From positions 1-64,000 of IMG/VR virus record IMGVR_UViG_3300023179_005186: a stretch of 64,000 nucleotides of DNA, one strand, 5' to 3'. The notes under the pieces were generated by a model that was given only the letters and a program-made list of their open reading frames with translations, was not told the origin of the DNA and ran no database searches. Shown here piece by piece: positions 30,209 through 39,955 of this stretch (position 1 is its first letter; each line of letters begins with the position of its first letter). Made by a program: the position numbers and the translations under genes.

Positions 30209-31879
30209 TTATTTTTTAGAAGTTTTTTTGGATGTTTTTTTTGCTTTAGTTGTTTTTGTCTTAGTTGTTTTACTTTTTGAAGATTTCTTTTTTGGAGAAT
30301 CTGATGTCTCAGTAATATCAAAATTTGTTTCTTCAGATTCATCATTTTTCTTAGATTTCTTTGATTTGATTGATTTCTTACTACCTTTTTTCTCTTCAAT
30401 ATGTTTTTGAATATTCTTTTCTAGTTCATCAAGATCAGGCATATCTTCAATTAAATCAGATATTTGTTGTTCACTCATTTTACTAATTGATAAAATTTTA
30501 TCTAATCCACCCATTTGTGGATTCTTTTCAGTTACTTTTCTATAAATATAAGCTTTAATTAATTTTGCATTTTTTTCATTTGCTTTAATAACAACTGAAT
30601 CTTTAACTATTTCACCTTTATTTAACATTGACATTATCATATCTAAAACTTGTTCATGAAGATTATCTCTTTGTCTTTGCATCATTCTAGATAATTCATT
30701 AGTTACAGCACCATAATCTGATTCGTTGTAAAAAGAAACATATCCTTCTTCTGAAATACCTTGTTCTGAATCATTATTATAATTTATATTAAAAGATTCT
30801 GAACCAAAAGAATTATCTGTTAAAGCTAAATTTCGAAATCCCATAATTTTTTCACCACCTTGTTGTGATCTTCTTCCAGTTTCATTTAATTTATTAATAG
30901 CTTCCATTAATTCATCTGTATCCACAACATCAGAATTAATTGTATTTACATTAACTATATCTTTTTTTTTTTCTTCATTAGAATATTTTTCAGCCAGTTT
31001 TTGAATTAAATTATCAGTATCAGATTTATATTCTTCACTTTTAGGTTCATCTGTTTTCACATTAACTATCTCAATATCACTTCGAAGACCTGGTTGGGTT
31101 TCTCTAAGTGGAGCATATATAATATCACCATCTTGTTTTTTATCTACCATAATATTACCAACAGATTTAATAAAATTTTCTAAATAATTTCTAACAGCTT
31201 GGTTAATATTAGTATTATTTTTATTTTTATTTTGTGGTTTAAAATCTGTTTCAAAATCAAAACTTTCTATACTAGTTTCATTCATATTTTTTTTTGGAAA
31301 TAAATCTTTTAAATTAAAAATAGCTTCACTAGTTTCAATTGTTTTATTAGTTAATTCATTAGCATTTTCATCTTCAGCAATAACATAATTTCCAAAATTA
31401 TCTTTTATTGATAAATCAGCACCTGCTATATCAAGTTTATTAGCTACATTATCATTTTGTTCTTTTATTGCTAATAAAATTGGTGTTTCACCATTATTAT
31501 TTTGTGCATTAATACATGTTGATATATTTTTATTTTTAATTAACATATCAATTTCATCTTCACATTCGTTATTATTTTTAGAACAAAGTACCAAATGATG
31601 TAAAATAGTATTACCATTTTTATCACCACAACCTAAACAACATGTTCCCTGCCTAATTATATATAGAGCTAAATCAATATTCTTTTTATTAAAGGCATTA
31701 AGTGCTTGCATACATGGGCATAAAGATTCTACTCTTCCTCCACCACCCCTCATTGAATTTTGTTTTATATTTGACATAAATGCAGAAGAAGTTGCGGATA
31801 AATCATTAAAGTTTATACCAGAAAAATTGGCGTTGTTTTTACTAGCCATTTTGTTTTTTGTAAAAATAGAATTATTCAT
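30209..31879 (-). CDS. ankyrin-repeat protein with basic C-terminal tail
   Basis: GNTILHHLV and GETPILLAI repeats; Lys/Ser/Thr-rich tail. Confidence 0.85.
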   Translation of the reverse strand: MNNSIFTKNKMASKNNANFSGINFNDLSATSSAFMSNIKQNSMRGGGGRVESLCPCMQALNAFNKKNIDLALYIIRQGTCCLGCGDKNGNTILHHLVLCSKNNNECEDEIDMLIKNKNISTCINAQNNNGETPILLAIKEQNDNVANKLDIAGADLSIKDNFGNYVIAEDENANELTNKTIETSEAIFNLKDLFPKKNMNETSIESFDFETDFKPQNKNKNNTNINQAVRNYLENFIKSVGNIMVDKKQDGDIIYAPLRETQPGLRSDIEIVNVKTDEPKSEEYKSDTDNLIQKLAEKYSNEEKKKDIVNVNTINSDVVDTDELMEAINKLNETGRRSQQGGEKIMGFRNLALTDNSFGSESFNINYNNDSEQGISEEGYVSFYNESDYGAVTNELSRMMQRQRDNLHEQVLDMIMSMLNKGEIVKDSVVIKANEKNAKLIKAYIYRKVTEKNPQMGGLDKILSISKMSEQQISDLIEDMPDLDELEKNIQKHIEEKKGSKKSIKSKKSKKNDESEETNFDITETSDSPKKKSSKSKTTKTKTTKAKKTSKKTSKK

Positions 31880-31947
31880 TATAATATAAGTATATATATA
31901 ATTTTTTTTTACAATAAATATTTTATATATAGAATATATAATCTATA

Positions 31948-32985
31948 ATGAGCAAAGATATACGATTTCTTTTAGTATTTTTAATTGTAGCCCTCGCTGT
32001 GCTTGTTTGGTTACAAAATCAAAGTTGTAATGCTATACCAAATAAAGGCGCCATCAATCAATATTTTACTTCAGATCAATTAACTGGACCTGAACAAACA
32101 AATCAAGCATTAAAGATAAAACAAGCTGAAGATAAAGCTCGTGCTATTTTAGAATCAAATAAAGTTACATCTAAAATTGTTGATAATATTCTTAAAAGTG
32201 AACAGGCAAATAAAAATAACAATATTATTAATTCTCAAGATTTAAGTTCAATGGGTTCACAAATGAGTAATAATGTTCGTAGTGAATTTGCCAATCCAAT
32301 TTTAGAAGATATAAACAATGATAGAAATTCAATGAGTTCAAGTCAAGCTGCTCTTGAAGCATTAATTCAAGATGTTAATACAGGTAATAATTTACTAGTT
32401 GATAGTCCACAAGGTCAATTATATAGAGATAAATCTAAAAGTATTGATGCTGCTCCTCCAGGAACTTACCGCAAAGTATCTTACAAAGATTCCAAATATA
32501 GATATGATTTTGACAATGATGGATCTCCATCTCAATCTAGTCAAGATGAATTAAATAGTTTATATGATGATGCTTTAATATTTAAGAATAATGAATATTT
32601 AAACAATAATGGATATACTGGATTTAATGAGATGCAAACTACTTTTGGTGATGCTAATTTAAAAGATTTTACACCAATGGGTAAACAAACTCAACAAGAA
32701 AAAATTATGGCTCTTTACAATTCAAATGAATATTTACCAAATAATGATTTATTAGATAATAAATTAACCAAAGGTTTTCAAATCTTAGAAAATCCTGTTT
32801 CTGTATCAAATCCAAATTTAATCCCTGTACTTAAATCTATTCCAGTTTCATCAATCTTAGGATCTAAAAGAAATTCAACATGGGATATTAGAGCAGAACC
32901 TCCTTGTCCTAAAACAGTTGTTTCACCTTTCCTCAATTCATCAATTATGCCAGATATTTATGCTACTCAAAGAGGTTGTCTATAA
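31948..32985 (+). CDS. putative minor capsid protein (P11-like C-terminus), N-terminal TM/signal
   Basis: C-terminal KRNSTWDIRAEPPCPKTVVSPFLNSSIMPD resembles the NCLDV P11 conserved region (from memory). Confidence 0.6.
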   Translation: MSKDIRFLLVFLIVALAVLVWLQNQSCNAIPNKGAINQYFTSDQLTGPEQTNQALKIKQAEDKARAILESNKVTSKIVDNILKSEQANKNNNIINSQDLSSMGSQMSNNVRSEFANPILEDINNDRNSMSSSQAALEALIQDVNTGNNLLVDSPQGQLYRDKSKSIDAAPPGTYRKVSYKDSKYRYDFDNDGSPSQSSQDELNSLYDDALIFKNNEYLNNNGYTGFNEMQTTFGDANLKDFTPMGKQTQQEKIMALYNSNEYLPNNDLLDNKLTKGFQILENPVSVSNPNLIPVLKSIPVSSILGSKRNSTWDIRAEPPCPKTVVSPFLNSSIMPDIYATQRGCL

Positions 32986-33011
32986 TTTTTTTTTTAATTT
33001 TGTAAATAAAA

Positions 33012-33019
33012 AAATTGAT
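33012..33019 (+). promoter_or_regulatory. early promoter AAAATTGA
   Basis: exact octamer about 35 nt upstream of ATG 33054. Confidence 0.8.
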
Positions 33020-33053
33020 AAATTATTATTAATATATCAATTTATAGTGAAAA

Positions 33054-33767
33054 ATGAATACTGATAAATATATTGAACAATATTTAGATGAAATTTTAGA
33101 AAATACTAATTTTTTACTTGAAAATGATATTAATACAGTTAATTCATTAAATGAAGATGATTGTCAAGATGATATTACTAGTGAATTGTATCAAAGTATG
33201 TATGAAAATAAATTTAATTCAGATAAATCTAAGCAAAAAGTAAATTTTAATTTAGATAATAATAATATTTTTGAATTTGATAATATAGATGATAATGATA
33301 AAAATAATTTAATTGATTTAGATATTGAGCTAGGATATTATTTAAATTTAATAAATATATTTATGCTTTATTATAATGAAAAGTTTGAAAAATCTGAAAA
33401 TTTTTTTTCAGGTGTTCATAATGTTGATATGGATACATCTAATCAAATGGAATTATTTTTTGAAGCAATTATTGAATTTAAAAATTTAAAAAGTAAAATA
33501 TCAAAAGATATTGAACTTAATGATAAAAATGATGTTATATTAGAAAATGAAAATTCTTTAAATAATATTACAATGAAATTTATATTTAATGAAACACAAG
33601 AAGATAAAATAAAATATTTATTTGATTTATGGGAAGGACAAATTTATTGTTTAAATATTTCATCTGAAAAATTTTTTACTCCTTCACTAATTGTATGTTT
33701 AAATTATATACAAACAAATAATTTAGAATTTGGAACATATAATATATTTAATTTAAGAAATTATTAA
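33054..33767 (+). CDS. acidic hypothetical protein
   Basis: 237-aa ATG ORF with early promoter. Confidence 0.75.
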   Translation: MNTDKYIEQYLDEILENTNFLLENDINTVNSLNEDDCQDDITSELYQSMYENKFNSDKSKQKVNFNLDNNNIFEFDNIDDNDKNNLIDLDIELGYYLNLINIFMLYYNEKFEKSENFFSGVHNVDMDTSNQMELFFEAIIEFKNLKSKISKDIELNDKNDVILENENSLNNITMKFIFNETQEDKIKYLFDLWEGQIYCLNISSEKFFTPSLIVCLNYIQTNNLEFGTYNIFNLRNY

Positions 33768-33809
33768 AATAAATTAAAAAAATAAATATAATTATCAATT
33801 AATAGAAAG

Positions 33810-34577
33810 ATGGATAAAGAAAAAAATATTTTTAAAAAAATACAAAATGATATTATACAATCAAATCCTAAAATTATAAATAGTTCAGATAATTTATCTA
33901 ATATTAAAAAAAATTTAGATTCTAAATATACCGAAGATTTATCAGATAGTGATGATGATTTATCTTCTTATAAATTACGAAACAGAGATGTTATAAATCA
34001 AATGAAAACTAAGACAAAACAAAATGTTAAATCTAAAACTTTAAAATTACCTATTACTGAAGAAATTAATCAAATAGAAAAAGAAATTAATCAAATGACT
34101 GAAGAACAATTTGGATCTAATGCCAGTTCAATAGATCCAAAAGATAAAAAAACAAAAAATAATTCAAATTCTGAATTAAATTCTGATAATAGTGATGATT
34201 CTGAACTTGAATATGAATATACTGAAGAATTAGCTTTAAAAGTTAAATCATATGTCAAAAATGATGATAGAATTAGAGAATTACAAACAGAATTAAAAAA
34301 ATTAAATAGTGAAAAAAAAATAGCAGAAATGGATATTTTAAAACATTTAGAAAGATTAGGTGAATCTAATATTAATATAACTGGTGGAAAACTAAGAATT
34401 AATCAATATGAATCAAAAGGTAGTTTAGCAGAAGATGTTGTAAGAGAAGCTATTCAAGATAAAATTAAGGATCCAAAAATAATTGAAAAAATTTTTGAAA
34501 AAATTAATGAAAAAAGAGCTGCTAATGGTAAAATTCAAATATCCCTTAAACGCACTTTTGAAAGAGGAAAAAAATAA
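33810..34577 (+). CDS. coiled-coil hypothetical protein (conserved NCLDV family)
   Basis: VKSYVKNDDRIRELQ..LK.LN.EKK...INITGGKLR C-terminal domain. Confidence 0.75.
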   Translation: MDKEKNIFKKIQNDIIQSNPKIINSSDNLSNIKKNLDSKYTEDLSDSDDDLSSYKLRNRDVINQMKTKTKQNVKSKTLKLPITEEINQIEKEINQMTEEQFGSNASSIDPKDKKTKNNSNSELNSDNSDDSELEYEYTEELALKVKSYVKNDDRIRELQTELKKLNSEKKIAEMDILKHLERLGESNINITGGKLRINQYESKGSLAEDVVREAIQDKIKDPKIIEKIFEKINEKRAANGKIQISLKRTFERGKK

Positions 34578-34614
34578 ATTTTTTTAAGAAATAAATATAT
34601 AAATTATTACATAT

Positions 34615-35142
34615 TTAACTATAAGTTATTAAAGTTGGTAAATTATTATTAAGTGAAACATTAACATATGGAGTAAATGAAGTACTAAATGTTGGTATTA
34701 AAACATTTGGAATACCATAAATAGTAGGATAATAAGTAACACTTAAAACATTATCCTTAATCTTTGATTTTGAATTTGGATAATAAACATAATCATCTGA
34801 AGAAGAATCTGAAGAATCTGATGAACTAGATGATGAATTATCATATCTTTTTTTTCTACCACCATTTTGACTAATAACTTCATTTAATAAATCATCATCA
34901 ACATTTTTGTTAAATTTACTTAGAGTATATTTAACTTTACCACCTTCTAGATTTTCTAAAACCTTAAAGTGATAAAATTTATTTTTATTGGTATCTTGAA
35001 TTGAATAAAAAAATTCAGGAATAAATTGTTTAATATTACTTGATAATTCATTCCAAATTTCTTCAGCAGCATCATTTACTGATTTTTTGTTTGATTCTAG
35101 GACTTTGCCCTCTACATAAGGATTTGCTAAAATATAACTCAT
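34615..35142 (-). CDS. conserved Mimiviridae hypothetical protein
   Basis: Y.L.NPY.EG....A...W..LS N-terminus; Ser tract; YYP.IY C-terminus. Confidence 0.75.
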   Translation of the reverse strand: MSYILANPYVEGKVLESNKKSVNDAAEEIWNELSSNIKQFIPEFFYSIQDTNKNKFYHFKVLENLEGGKVKYTLSKFNKNVDDDLLNEVISQNGGRKKRYDNSSSSSSDSSDSSSDDYVYYPNSKSKIKDNVLSVTYYPTIYGIPNVLIPTFSTSFTPYVNVSLNNNLPTLITYS

Positions 35143-35170
35143 TAATATATATTTATATAATAAATAAAAA

Positions 35171-35178
35171 AAAATTGA
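35171..35178 (+). promoter_or_regulatory. early promoter AAAATTGA (PCNA)
   Basis: exact octamer about 34 nt upstream of ATG 35212. Confidence 0.85.
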
Positions 35179-35211
35179 TTTATAATTTAAATTTTAATAT
35201 ATTATAAAATA

Positions 35212-36129
35212 ATGAATCAGAATATTAGTAAAAAAATCCTCTATCTTAAGACGGGTTATGTTATACCTATTAAAACTTTAACTGAAGTATTATCAAATGT
35301 ACTTACAGAAACAACATGGGTATTTACAGCACCTGATCCTAAAGATCCAGAAAAATTTGCAGGTTTAGAAATAGCAACCGCTGATACATCAAGAACAATT
35401 TTTATTAAAGTAAGATTAGATGCTAAAGAATTTGAACCTTATCATTGTAAATATGATAGATTAGAATTAGGAGTTAGTTTAATAAATCTATATAAACTTT
35501 TAAAATCGGTTGATAAAGATGATACAATGTCATTATATGTTGAAGAAAATGATAGACAAAATTTAATTATTGAAATAGAAAATCAAGAAAAAAAATCTAA
35601 AACATTTTACAAATTAAAGTTAATGGATTTAGATCAACCTCAAAAAAAAACAGCTAAAATTGATTTTGATATTAAAATTACAATGCCTAGTAATGAATTT
35701 CATAAACTTTGTAGAGAAATGAATAATATAGCTGAATATGTTGATATTAAATGTACTAGTAAAAATATTATTTTTACTTGTAAAGGTGATTGTGCTGAAA
35801 GAAGTACTATATTTAAATCAGAAGAAGGTGGATTAAATATTTCTAATGAAAATAAAAAAAATCACAATATTGTACAAGGAATTTATGAATTAAAAAATAT
35901 TGTATTATTTACAAAATGTGCAAATCTATGTAATGATATTGAAATTTATATGAAAAATGATTTTGCTTTAACTATAATTTATACAATAGCTACATTAGGT
36001 ACAATTATTATTGCATTGTCACCTGTTAAAGAAGAAAATATTAAAAATATTTCTTATTCCTATTCTGATGATGAAGAAGATTTAGATATTATCGGTGGAG
36101 GTGCAAATATACTTAAAGAAGATGCTTAA
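35212..36129 (+). CDS. PCNA: proliferating cell nuclear antigen (sliding clamp)
   Basis: F..Y.C....LGVSL..LYKLLKS, KLKLMDLD, MPSNEF.KLCREM, CKGD, EIYM.ND.AL.I.Y.IA.LG....LSP. Confidence 0.95.
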   Translation: MNQNISKKILYLKTGYVIPIKTLTEVLSNVLTETTWVFTAPDPKDPEKFAGLEIATADTSRTIFIKVRLDAKEFEPYHCKYDRLELGVSLINLYKLLKSVDKDDTMSLYVEENDRQNLIIEIENQEKKSKTFYKLKLMDLDQPQKKTAKIDFDIKITMPSNEFHKLCREMNNIAEYVDIKCTSKNIIFTCKGDCAERSTIFKSEEGGLNISNENKKNHNIVQGIYELKNIVLFTKCANLCNDIEIYMKNDFALTIIYTIATLGTIIIALSPVKEENIKNISYSYSDDEEDLDIIGGGANILKEDA

Positions 36130-36149
36130 AATTTTTTTATAAAAAATCA

Positions 36150-36668
36150 CTAATCTTTCGTTCCACCATCATATCTTTTAGCTAATCCTTTTTCAATCAT
36201 TAAATTATTTATATTTTCATTATTATAATAGATTGTACATAATGGTCTACCATATTTATCATTTGTACTAAATTCAACTTTTACTACTTTATTTTCTATT
36301 AAATTTAATAAAAAATTTTTTGCTTTAACTGCTTTGTTAATATGTTCTTCTCTATTTGGTATATTTTTTAAAGGTTTTAATTCTGGTGTATCAATCCCCA
36401 TTAATCTAGTTCTAATTTCAAATAAATTTATAGCAGAATCTGGATTTGAACTAGAATTATTATCTATTTTATCTTTTGAAATAAAAGAATAAACTGACAT
36501 TCTTATTGGAACTAATAAAACAATTGTATCACCATCATAAACAGATTTTACATAAAAATTACCTTTAATTTTTGAAAGATTAAATTTTAATGTTTCATTA
36601 TTTGTTATATCTAAAATCATTGGATTTTCATTTAAATCTAAATTAGTTTTTGTATTTATGCATCCCAT
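36150..36668 (-). CDS. thermonuclease (staphylococcal nuclease family)
   Basis: VYDGDT, RLMGIDTPE, DKYGRPL, NINNLMIEKGLA..YDGG. Confidence 0.95.
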   Translation of the reverse strand: MGCINTKTNLDLNENPMILDITNNETLKFNLSKIKGNFYVKSVYDGDTIVLLVPIRMSVYSFISKDKIDNNSSSNPDSAINLFEIRTRLMGIDTPELKPLKNIPNREEHINKAVKAKNFLLNLIENKVVKVEFSTNDKYGRPLCTIYYNNENINNLMIEKGLAKRYDGGTKD

Positions 36669-36699
36669 TATATTTATAATCTAATATTTATTATTTTAA

Positions 36700-36707
36700 T
36701 CAATTTT
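36700..36707 (-). promoter_or_regulatory. early promoter AAAATTGA (thermonuclease)
   Basis: exact octamer about 32 nt upstream of the start. Confidence 0.8.
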
Positions 36708-36734
36708 TATTGATTAAAATATTTATATAAAAAT

Positions 36735-37583
36735 TTAATATTCAGGTTTAATAGCCTTAAATTTAATTGATAATTTAGAAATTAATTTATACATATCATC
36801 ACTTAATATTTTATCTATTGTACCATAATGAATAATATTTATTTTAAACCATATTTTAATAATTACACATGCAGAATTAATACTTATATGATCTAACTTT
36901 CTTGGACTAAAAGATAATCCATTGACTACATTCCAAGTATTCTGAGAAAATTTTAATAAAGTATTATTTACCATTTGATAACAAAATGATTTTAATATAT
37001 TATATGCTTCTTCTAATGAATCAATTTTAATTTGACATAAAGAACCATTTCTATTATCAATATCTTCCCATAAAGGACTAATATCTCTTTTCATAATAAA
37101 AATATCAAAATCAGAATATGAACTTTCTCCAGAAGCTATATTTAATGTATTAAAAAATTTTGGTACATCACCCCATTTATTTAAAGTTGTAATATTATGA
37201 TAACTTAAAAAATCCCAATTTTTATCATCATTATGATGAGCTAATACTCTAAAATAATTAGTCATTTTATTTTCAAAAAAATTTTCTTCAAATTGTTTAT
37301 ATTCACATTCAATAACTGGTTTCTTCTTATTATTTGAAACAATAAGAAATTCTTCATCATTATTTAAATTTTGATTTATATTCTTATTATATTTATTTTT
37401 TGAATCTTTTTTAACAGTAAAATATTTAAAAACTTCTTCTTCTAATTTATCTAAAACAGGAGAACCTATTGTTTTATTATTGGTATTAATTATCGTTTTT
37501 GTCTCTTCGTCATCACTTTCTTCATTTAATAATGAAAAACGATTACTACCTGCTTTATTTTCTAATAACTGTTTTTCAGACAT
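36735..37583 (-). CDS. eIF4E: cap-binding translation initiation factor eIF4E
   Basis: NWDFLSY..I.TL, FIMKRDISPLWEDIDNRNGS, VNGLSFSP, IKIW. Confidence 0.9.
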   Translation of the reverse strand: MSEKQLLENKAGSNRFSLLNEESDDEETKTIINTNNKTIGSPVLDKLEEEVFKYFTVKKDSKNKYNKNINQNLNNDEEFLIVSNNKKKPVIECEYKQFEENFFENKMTNYFRVLAHHNDDKNWDFLSYHNITTLNKWGDVPKFFNTLNIASGESSYSDFDIFIMKRDISPLWEDIDNRNGSLCQIKIDSLEEAYNILKSFCYQMVNNTLLKFSQNTWNVVNGLSFSPRKLDHISINSACVIIKIWFKINIIHYGTIDKILSDDMYKLISKLSIKFKAIKPEY

Positions 37584-37621
37584 TTTAACTATATATTAAA
37601 TAATAATTAATTAATTTTTAA

Positions 37622-37629
37622 TCAATTTT
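37622..37629 (-). promoter_or_regulatory. early promoter AAAATTGA (eIF4E)
   Basis: exact octamer about 39 nt upstream of the start. Confidence 0.8.
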
Positions 37630-37662
37630 TTTTATTATATAAAATTATTATTTTTTTTTGTA

Positions 37663-38739
37663 TTACTTTTCTAAATAAAAAATTGATAAGAATGATATTA
37701 ATTGAATATTATCATTATTACAATATGTTAAATTTTCATTTATTAAACATAAATTTTTAATTATACTAACTACTTTTTCCATTTTATACTTGATTATTTC
37801 TTTATTATTATTTATAATAAAGTCTATAAAATAATCATAAACATAATTTATTAATTCAGCAAGAGATATACCATTTTCTATAGTTAAATTATTTACATAA
37901 TTATATGATTTATTAAAATCATTTTTTTGAATAAAACTAAGTATTTGAACTATATGTTTATGTGTAGGACATGATAATATTTTTGATATACTTGTTTCAT
38001 TTATAATTATTTGATTTGAATTAATTTTATCAGAATTAGATATTATTTCTGATTTTTTACAAATAATATTATCCAAATACATATTAACTGATTGTAAAAT
38101 ATTTAATAATTTTCTCATATCACCAGATGATCTTTTAATTATTAATTTTATTGCATTTGAAGTAATTTGTAAGTTTTCTTTTTTACAAATAGATATTACA
38201 AAACTATAAAGATAATCAAATGGTATTGGATTAAATCTAAAAATTACACATCTTGATTGTATTGCTGGATTAATTTTTTTAAGATAATTACAAATAAAAC
38301 AAAATCTAACATTTGATACATATTTTTCAATTACTTTTCGCAATATAGCTTGTGCATCTTCAGTCATTGCATCTATTTCGTCTAAAATTATTAATTTAAA
38401 AGTTGGTGTATTTGGATTTTCAGAAATACCTTTTGTTATTACAAATTGTTTTATTCTATTTCTAACTGTTTCTATACCACGTTCTTCTGAAGCATTTAAT
38501 ACTAATATCATATTGTCATAATCTTCACCATAATAATGTTTGGCCACTGCTATTATTAATGAAGTTTTACCTGTTCCAGGTGGACCATAAAATAATAAAT
38601 GTGGTAACTTTTTATGATCCATATAATTTACTATTGCTTTAGTTATTTTTTCATGATATATAATATTATTTATTGCAGATGGTCTGTATTTTTCTGACCA
38701 TGGTAAATTATTATATTTTTTTAAACTAGATAATGACAT
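37663..38739 (-). CDS. RFC: replication factor C small subunit
   Basis: PWSEKYRP, GPPGTGKTS, LNASEERGI, ILDEIDAMT, AIQSRC. Confidence 0.97.
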   Translation of the reverse strand: MSLSSLKKYNNLPWSEKYRPSAINNIIYHEKITKAIVNYMDHKKLPHLLFYGPPGTGKTSLIIAVAKHYYGEDYDNMILVLNASEERGIETVRNRIKQFVITKGISENPNTPTFKLIILDEIDAMTEDAQAILRKVIEKYVSNVRFCFICNYLKKINPAIQSRCVIFRFNPIPFDYLYSFVISICKKENLQITSNAIKLIIKRSSGDMRKLLNILQSVNMYLDNIICKKSEIISNSDKINSNQIIINETSISKILSCPTHKHIVQILSFIQKNDFNKSYNYVNNLTIENGISLAELINYVYDYFIDFIINNNKEIIKYKMEKVVSIIKNLCLINENLTYCNNDNIQLISFLSIFYLEK

Positions 38740-38867
38740 TATTTAACTATTATCTATATATATTAATTAATATTTAATAGGATTTACAAATTTTTTAATT
38801 TTATATATTTTAAATAAATTTATAAAAATTATTATATAAATTAATTTTTATACAAATTTTTTATATA

Positions 38868-38875
38868 AAAATTGA
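38868..38875 (+). promoter_or_regulatory. early promoter AAAATTGA (RPB1)
   Basis: exact octamer about 46 nt upstream of ATG 38921. Confidence 0.85.
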
Positions 38876-38920
38876 TTTTATTTATAAATAATATAAAGTA
38901 ATAGAATATATATATATATC

Positions 38921-39955
38921 ATGAATGTTCATAGGTATAATGAGAAGACATCCTCAATTGAAAGGATTGATTTTACAATCCTTGGTAATAAGGAAATCAA
39001 AAATATGTCTGTGTTAAATGATAAATCTGGTCCTGGTCCAGGATTAGTTGTACCTGATTTATATGATAATACTGAACCCAAAAAAGGTGGTCTTATTGAT
39101 CAACGAATGGGTGTTACTTCAAATGAACTAGAATGCACAACATGTGGTTTAAGTACAAACTATTGTGTTGGTCATTTTGGTCATATGGAATTAGCAGAAC
39201 CAGTATTTCACATGGGATTTTATGATTATGTCATCTCAATTTTAAGATGTGTATGTATTAAATGTTCTAAAATATTAGTTTATAAAAATGAAAAAGAAAT
39301 TATGGATATTTTAAAAAATAAAACAGGTAAAGGTAGACTTAATGAAATTAAAAATTTAGTTAAAAATGTTACTTATTGTCAAAAAGCTTTTTATGGATGT
39401 GGTGCACCAGTACCTAAAATAAAATCTGATAAAAAAAAAACAAGTGAAGTATATATTGTTGCTGAATATTTATTATCTTCTTCTACTGAAGAAGATCTAG
39501 AAAAAAAACCGATTAAAGAAACATTAACACCAAATTTAGTTTATAATATATTAAAAAATATTTCTGATACAGATTGTATGATAATTGGATTTGATCCAAA
39601 AAAAAATAGACCTGAAGATTTAATTCACACTATTTTTCCGGTACCTCCTGTACAAGTTAGACCTTCTGTTAGAGGTGATTTTGGTTCTTCTACTACACGT
39701 GAAGATCATTTAACTGTGATACTTTCAAATATATTAAAAGCTAACATTAGAATGAATAAAAATAAAGAAAATGTTACAGAAAATTCATTAAAATATATAC
39801 CTGATCATACTACTTTACTTCAATATCATGTAGCTGTTTATTATGATAGTGATTCTCTTAAAATTCCTGAAACTCAAAGAAAGAATATCACTACTAAATC
39901 ATTAAGTACACGTTTAAAAGGTAAAGAAGGACGTATTCGAAATAATCTGATGGGT
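38921..39955 (+). CDS. RPB1: RNA polymerase largest subunit, exon 1 (345 codons)
   Basis: Zn sites CTTC..CVGHFGH and CVC.KC; PPVQVRPS; ends RLKGKEGRIRNNLMG at U39955. Confidence 0.95.
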
